Shown piece by piece: positions 59,265 to 64,000 of a stretch of DNA of 64,000 nucleotides. The notes under the pieces are model-generated. The model saw only the letters and a program-made list of their open reading frames with translations. It ran no database searches and was not told the origin of the DNA. The stretch covers positions 576,001 through 640,000 of the forward strand of contig CAVXTH010000009.1 in the NCBI GenBank assembly GCA_963764625.1. Reading direction: 5' to 3'. This DNA is from Candidatus Krumholzibacteriota bacterium (GTDB lineage Bacteria; Krumholzibacteriota; Krumholzibacteriia; JAJRXK01). The translations under genes were made by a program, and so were the position numbers. The stretch's first letter is position 1. Every line of letters begins with the position of its first letter.

Positions 59265-61697
59265 CTAATTGCGCAGGGGCTTGCCCTTCTTGAGCATGAA
59301 CTGGATACGTTCCAGGGATTTCCTCTCGCCGCACAGCGAGAGGAAGGCCTCGCGCTCGAGATCGAGTAGATCTTGTTCACTGACGCGGGCGCCCGGCGCG
59401 ACCTCTCCGCCCGTGAGGATGCGAGCCAGTTTGCGGCCGATGAGCCGGTCGTGCTCGGAGATGTACCCGGCCGTGAGCATGTTGTAGAGCCCGACCTCCA
59501 AGAGAGCGCGCCCGTCCGCTCCGGAGACTGGGATGTCGTTGCGCGGCTGCGGTGCCACGTAACCCGCCTCGGCGAGAGCGATGGCCTCGGCCTTCGCTCC
59601 CGCGATGAGCCGGTCGGGGTTCATGGCCAGACTGTCGCTCGCGCGCAGGAATCCCAACTCACGGGCTTCCACCGCGCTGGTGGACACTTTGGCCATGCCG
59701 ATGGTTTCGAACGCGAGGCGCGCGGCTTCCATCGGATCGGCCTTGGGGCCCAGCCGCTCGAGCATGCGCAGATAGAATTCCTTGCAGCCGCCTCCGGCCG
59801 GAATGAGTCCCACTCCACCTTCCACCAGATCCCAGGTAGAGTTCGGCCGAGGCGTGGACGCGCGCACCGTGCAGGGTGTATTCGCAGCCACCGCCGAGCG
59901 TGAGCGCGAAGGGAGCGACGACCACCGGGCGCGGACACGTTTTCAGACTCATCGTCGTCCGCTGGAACTGGCGCACGATGAGATTGATCTCCTCGTACTC
60001 GCCTTCGACGGCCGCCATGAGAAGAAGGGCTAGATTGGCGCCGACCGAGAAGTTCTGTCCCTGATTTCCCACCACCACGCCGCGGAACTCTCTCTCGGCC
60101 CGCTCCACCGCCTGCGCGGTCATCTCCAGGATTTCCCCGCCGATGGAATTCATCTTCGAATGGAACTCGAGCCCGACCACTCCATCTCTGAGATCCCACA
60201 GGCTCGCGCCGCTATTCCCCGCGATCTTCTGGATGCCCTGGCTGGGCAGATGGAAGTCGATGACTCCGGGCAATTCACGCAGGGGCGTCAGGCCCTTGCC
60301 ATCGGGCGCGGCCACCGCATGGCCGCCGTCCTCGCGGGTGTGGTAGAAGCCCATCGCGCCCTGGGCGGCGAGTTCCTTTACCCACTGTGGGGCGGGGCGG
60401 CCGTCCTCTTCCATGCGCTGGATGACTTCGGAGAAGCCCATGGCGTCCCAGACCTGAAATGGCCCCAGCTGCCAGCCGAAGCCCCAGCACAGGGCGCGGT
60501 CGATCGAGGGCAGATCGTCGGCGATCTCCGCGGCTACTTCTGCCGCGTAGCGAAGGGTGTCCCGAAGTACGGCCCAGCAAAAGGCGGCGCCTTTTCCCTT
60601 CGCCTTGAACACTCCGCGCAATCGCTGGCGCAGATCATCGGTGCCCTTGAGCGCGTCGATCTCGGGAAAGTGCGCCTTCTTCCGATCGCGGTACTCCAAG
60701 CTCTCGAGGTCGAGAGTCTGAATCACCCGCTTGCCATCGACCTCGGTTTTCTGGAAGAAGCCCTTGCCGGTCTTCTCTCCGAGAAGGCCCTCGTCGACCA
60801 TACGTTTCAGTTGCGGAATGGGGGTGAAGGCATCGAGCTCGGGGTCGTCAGGCGCGCCCAGCTTGACGTTCTCCGCCACGTGCAAGAGAACGTCCAGCCC
60901 CACCAGGTCGGCGGTACGAAATGTCGCGCTCTTGGCGCGTCCCAAAAACGGTCCGGTGAGGGAATCCACGGCATCGACGTCGAGTTCATGATTCGAGCAT
61001 GAGCGACGCCGTTTGCATCATTCCGTAGCAGCCGATGCGATTGGCCACGAAGTTGGGGCGATCCTTTCGCGACCACGACCCCTTTCCCCAGACGCTCATC
61101 GGCGAATGCCGCGAGTTTCGCGACCAGCTCGGGATCGGTCTTCGGTCCCGGGATGATCTCGAGCAGGTGCATGTAACGTGGGGGGTTGAAGAAGTGGGTC
61201 CCCAAGAAGCGGCGCTGAAAACTCTCGCCGTGACCTGCGCAAAGAGAGGCGATGGGAATCCCGCTGGTGTTGGTAGAGATGATCGTCGTTTCGCCGGCGG
61301 CCGTTTCGACCTTGGACAACAACGACTGTTTGATGTCCAGGCGCTCCACCACCACTTCGATGACCCAGTCCATCTCCGCCAGTCGAGCTAGGTCATCCTC
61401 GAAGTTGCCGGCTTCGATGCGCGCGCTGAATGTGCGAGTGAAAAGTGGCGCGGGCCGGTGCTTGGCCAGCTGCGCGATGGCGTCCAACGCCAGCCGGTTG
61501 CGATGCTGGGGGCTTTGGGGATCCACTCCCGCCGCCGTCTCCTGCGGGCTCAATTCCTTGGGGGGGAGATCCAGGAGTAGCACTCTCAGCCCGGCGTTGG
61601 CCAGATGGGCGGCAATGGCCGCTCCCATCGTGCCCGCGCCCAACACCGCGACGCGGCGCAGAACGGGAACCCTCGACGAAGTTTCATTCTGAATCAC
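59265..61697 (-). CDS. fadN: 3-hydroxyacyl-CoA dehydrogenase/enoyl-CoA hydratase (FadN type), frameshifts near 61070-60990 and 59830
   Basis: GAGTMG, STNTSG, HFFNPPRY, NFSVGANL, LGGGCE, LIPAGGG, terminal GKPLRN. Confidence 0.9.
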
Positions 61698-61830
61698 GGT
61701 TCACTCCTCGAAAGGACGGATTCGAGTCCCTTCCGAGCCGAAGTGGCGCAATCGGGCCCGTTTCCGCTCGGAATTGGCCTCTGATTCGCATGCAGGAATA
61801 GGGCCGAGTGTCATCTCTGGCGGCCAGTAC

Positions 61831-61844
61831 TGAATATATATTCA
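61831..61844. promoter_or_regulatory. Palindromic operator, likely for the TetR/FadR regulator
   Basis: Perfect palindrome TGAATATATATTCA between the divergent fadN and tetR genes. Confidence 0.7.
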
Positions 61845-61881
61845 TTTTTGAGAAACTCTCAAGTGAGGGGAAGGGAGAGAG

Positions 61882-62499
61882 ATGGCGCCGCGGAACGACC
61901 AGCTTAGGGACGAGAAGAGGGAGACGATTCTGGACGGCGCGGTCCGCGTGATCGCGGCCAAGGGCTTTCACCGCACCCGGGTCAGCGAGGTGGCCAAGGC
62001 CGCCGGAGTCGCGGATGGCACTATCTACCTCTACTTCGAAGGCAAGGACGCCCTTCTGCGCGCGGTCTACGAGCGGGCCATGAATCGATTCCTCGAGAGA
62101 GGACTGCGCGCGCTGGCGGAAGAGGCGGGTGCCCGCGCCCAGCTGGAGCGCTTCATCCAGCTTCACCTGGAATGCGTCGGCGAGGATCGCGAGCTCGCCG
62201 CGGTGTTTCAGGTCGACCTGCGCAAGAGCATCCCCTTCCTGCAGGAGCTCAGCCTGGGTCTCATCCAGCGTTACCTGGATGCGCTGGCGACGATCCTCTA
62301 CCGCGGTCAACAGGAGGGCGTTTTTCTGGCCGACCTCCCGGCGCGGGAATTGGCGAAGATGGTCTTCGGGGTCCTGGACGAGTTGGCGACCAATTGGGTT
62401 CTGAGCGAGCGCAATTACCGTCTGGAGTCCTCGGCCGCCGATGCCATCACCTTCATCAGCCGGGCGCTCGGCGCAGAGGAACCTGAGCGGTCTGGTTGA
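61882..62499 (+). CDS. TetR-family regulator (Bacillus FadR-like)
   Basis: KGFHRTRVSEVAKAAGVADGTIYLYFEGKD; divergent from the fad operon. Confidence 0.92.
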   Translation: MAPRNDQLRDEKRETILDGAVRVIAAKGFHRTRVSEVAKAAGVADGTIYLYFEGKDALLRAVYERAMNRFLERGLRALAEEAGARAQLERFIQLHLECVGEDRELAAVFQVDLRKSIPFLQELSLGLIQRYLDALATILYRGQQEGVFLADLPARELAKMVFGVLDELATNWVLSERNYRLESSAADAITFISRALGAEEPERSG

Positions 62500-62542
62500 C
62501 TCTGGCTCGCCGCCGCGTGGCGCGCATGGTAGCCTCTTTCCC

Positions 62543-63631
62543 ATGCGGATCGTGGAACTGATCGACTCGGCCTCGCTCGGAGGAGCAGAGGAGAACACCG
62601 CGCTCATGGCCCGCGAACTCGCGCGCCTGGGCCACGAAGTCCTGCTCCTCTCGCCCGAGGGGCCGTTTTGCGATCGCTTCGATGCCCTGAACGGGGTGAC
62701 CAGTCAGCGCCTTCCCCTGCGGGCATCACTCGGTGCGGCGCGCAAGGCGCTTCGCAGCGCGCTCACGGAGTTTGCCCCCCAGCTCGTCCACAGCCACATG
62801 CTGCGCGCGGATACGCTCTTGGCCATGCAGGGTGCGAAGACGCCCTACCTGCGCTTCTGCAGCATCCACAACATGTTCGACCGAGAAGTTCCACAGCGAG
62901 TGCGGCGCGTCTTCTATCGCGCCCTGGCCGTGTGGAGCTATCGGCGCTTCGATGCGGTGCTGCCGGTCTCGCAGTACGTGCGCGACTATGCGCGCAGTTA
63001 CCTGCGCGTGAAGGCGGCGAGGATGCAAGTGATCCCCAACGGGATCGATGCGGAAGAATTCCGCCGTCGTTCCGCCGATGGTCTCGCCGTTCCTTCCAGT
63101 GCGGCCAAGGTCCTCTTGAGTGTCGGCCGGCTCGATCACAACAAGGGACAGGAGCTGGTGCTACAGGCCGCGGCGGCCCTCCGAAGAGACGAACTCGAGG
63201 TATGGCTGGCGGGAGTCGGACCCCGCGAGGCCTCCCTGCGCCGCTTGGCCGCTGATCTCGGGGTGCGCTGTCGCCTCCTGGGCCGCCGTGACGACGTGCC
63301 TGCCCTCATGGCGCGCGCGGATCTCGTGGTGCAGGCCTCACGTTGGGAGGCTCTGCCCAATACGGTGCTCGAGGCGCTCGCCCTCGGCCGACCGGTGGTG
63401 GCCACCCGCACCGGTGGGATCGTCGAAGTGGTGCATCCGGGAGAGACCGGTTGGTTGGCCGAGGTGGAGGATGTGACGGGACTGTGCGCGGCGATGGAGG
63501 AGGTCTTGAGCAATCCCGACGAGGCCGGGCGGCGCGGCGAGAAAGGACGGTCCCTGGTCGATGAGAGTTTCACCATCCAGACCGCGGTAGCGAGCCTGCT
63601 CTCCCATCCCCGCCTTCGAGATCTGGTGTAG
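62543..63631 (+). CDS. GT4 family glycosyltransferase
   Basis: GGAE, IPNGID, VGRL...KG, EALPNTVLEALALG. Confidence 0.92.
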   Translation: MRIVELIDSASLGGAEENTALMARELARLGHEVLLLSPEGPFCDRFDALNGVTSQRLPLRASLGAARKALRSALTEFAPQLVHSHMLRADTLLAMQGAKTPYLRFCSIHNMFDREVPQRVRRVFYRALAVWSYRRFDAVLPVSQYVRDYARSYLRVKAARMQVIPNGIDAEEFRRRSADGLAVPSSAAKVLLSVGRLDHNKGQELVLQAAAALRRDELEVWLAGVGPREASLRRLAADLGVRCRLLGRRDDVPALMARADLVVQASRWEALPNTVLEALALGRPVVATRTGGIVEVVHPGETGWLAEVEDVTGLCAAMEEVLSNPDEAGRRGEKGRSLVDESFTIQTAVASLLSHPRLRDLV

Positions 63632-63679
63632 CCAACTCGCCGCGCGTTCGGCGAAGCGCTCGCCTCGTGAATGGCGAAA

Positions 63680-64000
63680 CTAGGGAGTCGGAGCGCTCGC
63701 GGCCTTTTGCACGAGTTGCCGCGCGGCCTCGCGATGGCGGGGAAGAAGCGCCGTGAGATCTTCGCTCAACACGGCCCCGTCTCGCACCACCAGCTCTCCA
63801 TTCACCACGACCATCTGCGCGCGGAGAGGGCCACAGAACAAAAGTGCTGCCACCGGATCGTGCGCGCCGCTCGTCGCGATTTCACGATCGAGATCGAAGA
63901 GCGCGAAGTCGGCCGCGGAACCCTTGCCGAGCCAACCCAGCTCTTCGCGCCCGAGGCAAGCCGCTCCTCCCAGGGTAGCCAACTCGAGGGCTTCCATGGC
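63680..64000 (-). CDS. Amidohydrolase (8-oxoguanine deaminase/AtzB-like), C-terminal part only
   Basis: ALELATLGGAACLGR, ADFALFD, HDPVAALLFC, VNGELVVRDG. Confidence 0.82.
   Translation of the reverse strand, partial: AMEALELATLGGAACLGREELGWLGKGSAADFALFDLDREIATSGAHDPVAALLFCGPLRAQMVVVNGELVVRDGAVLSEDLTALLPRHREAARQLVQKAASAPTP

Noticed and set aside
61719-61740. tRNA T-arm-like GATTCGAGTCCC (possible tRNA or att remnant)
   Set aside because: No cloverleaf, no acceptor stem and no integrase nearby.
1-64000. CRISPR array, cas genes, integrase, transposase or prophage
   Set aside because: No regularly spaced direct repeats and no matching protein motifs were seen.

Overview
This is a GC-rich chromosomal window from a diderm bacterium, with lipoproteins, a probable outer-membrane barrel and a multiheme cytochrome. 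An uncultured FCB-related lineage is a low-confidence guess. I found no rRNA, tRNA, CRISPR array, integrase or transposase. Main content, in order: (1) a signalling region at 1-13 kb with a His-less LytS-like kinase, a GT2/repeat-protein fusion, an SBP-like lipoprotein, an NtrY/NtrX-like sigma54 pair, a TPR gene behind an enhancer, a degenerate RsbW-like protein and a GAF kinase; (2) a DAACS transporter, speD, methyltransferases, ferredoxin, an M23 peptidase and a pilin; (3) a complete reductive pyrimidine catabolism operon at 19.6-28.7 kb; (4) an atypical transketolase, AddAB, a TPR protein, trpS and a CSAD-motif PLP decarboxylase; (5) BshB1, a pentaheme cytochrome, a fused E1, a SPOR protein and gph; (6) a beta-oxidation operon with a divergent TetR regulator. 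About nine genes carry frameshifts, most likely long-read indel errors. The best novelty candidates are non-coding. One is a ~360-nt densely structured RNA between a sigma70 promoter and a terminator hairpin (52185-52545, minus strand). Another is a sigma54 promoter firing directly into a ~90-nt hairpin that is also a 32-codon ORF (56175-56300). A third is a structured speD leader (14396-14491). All protein calls come from motif recognition by eye; no database searches were run.
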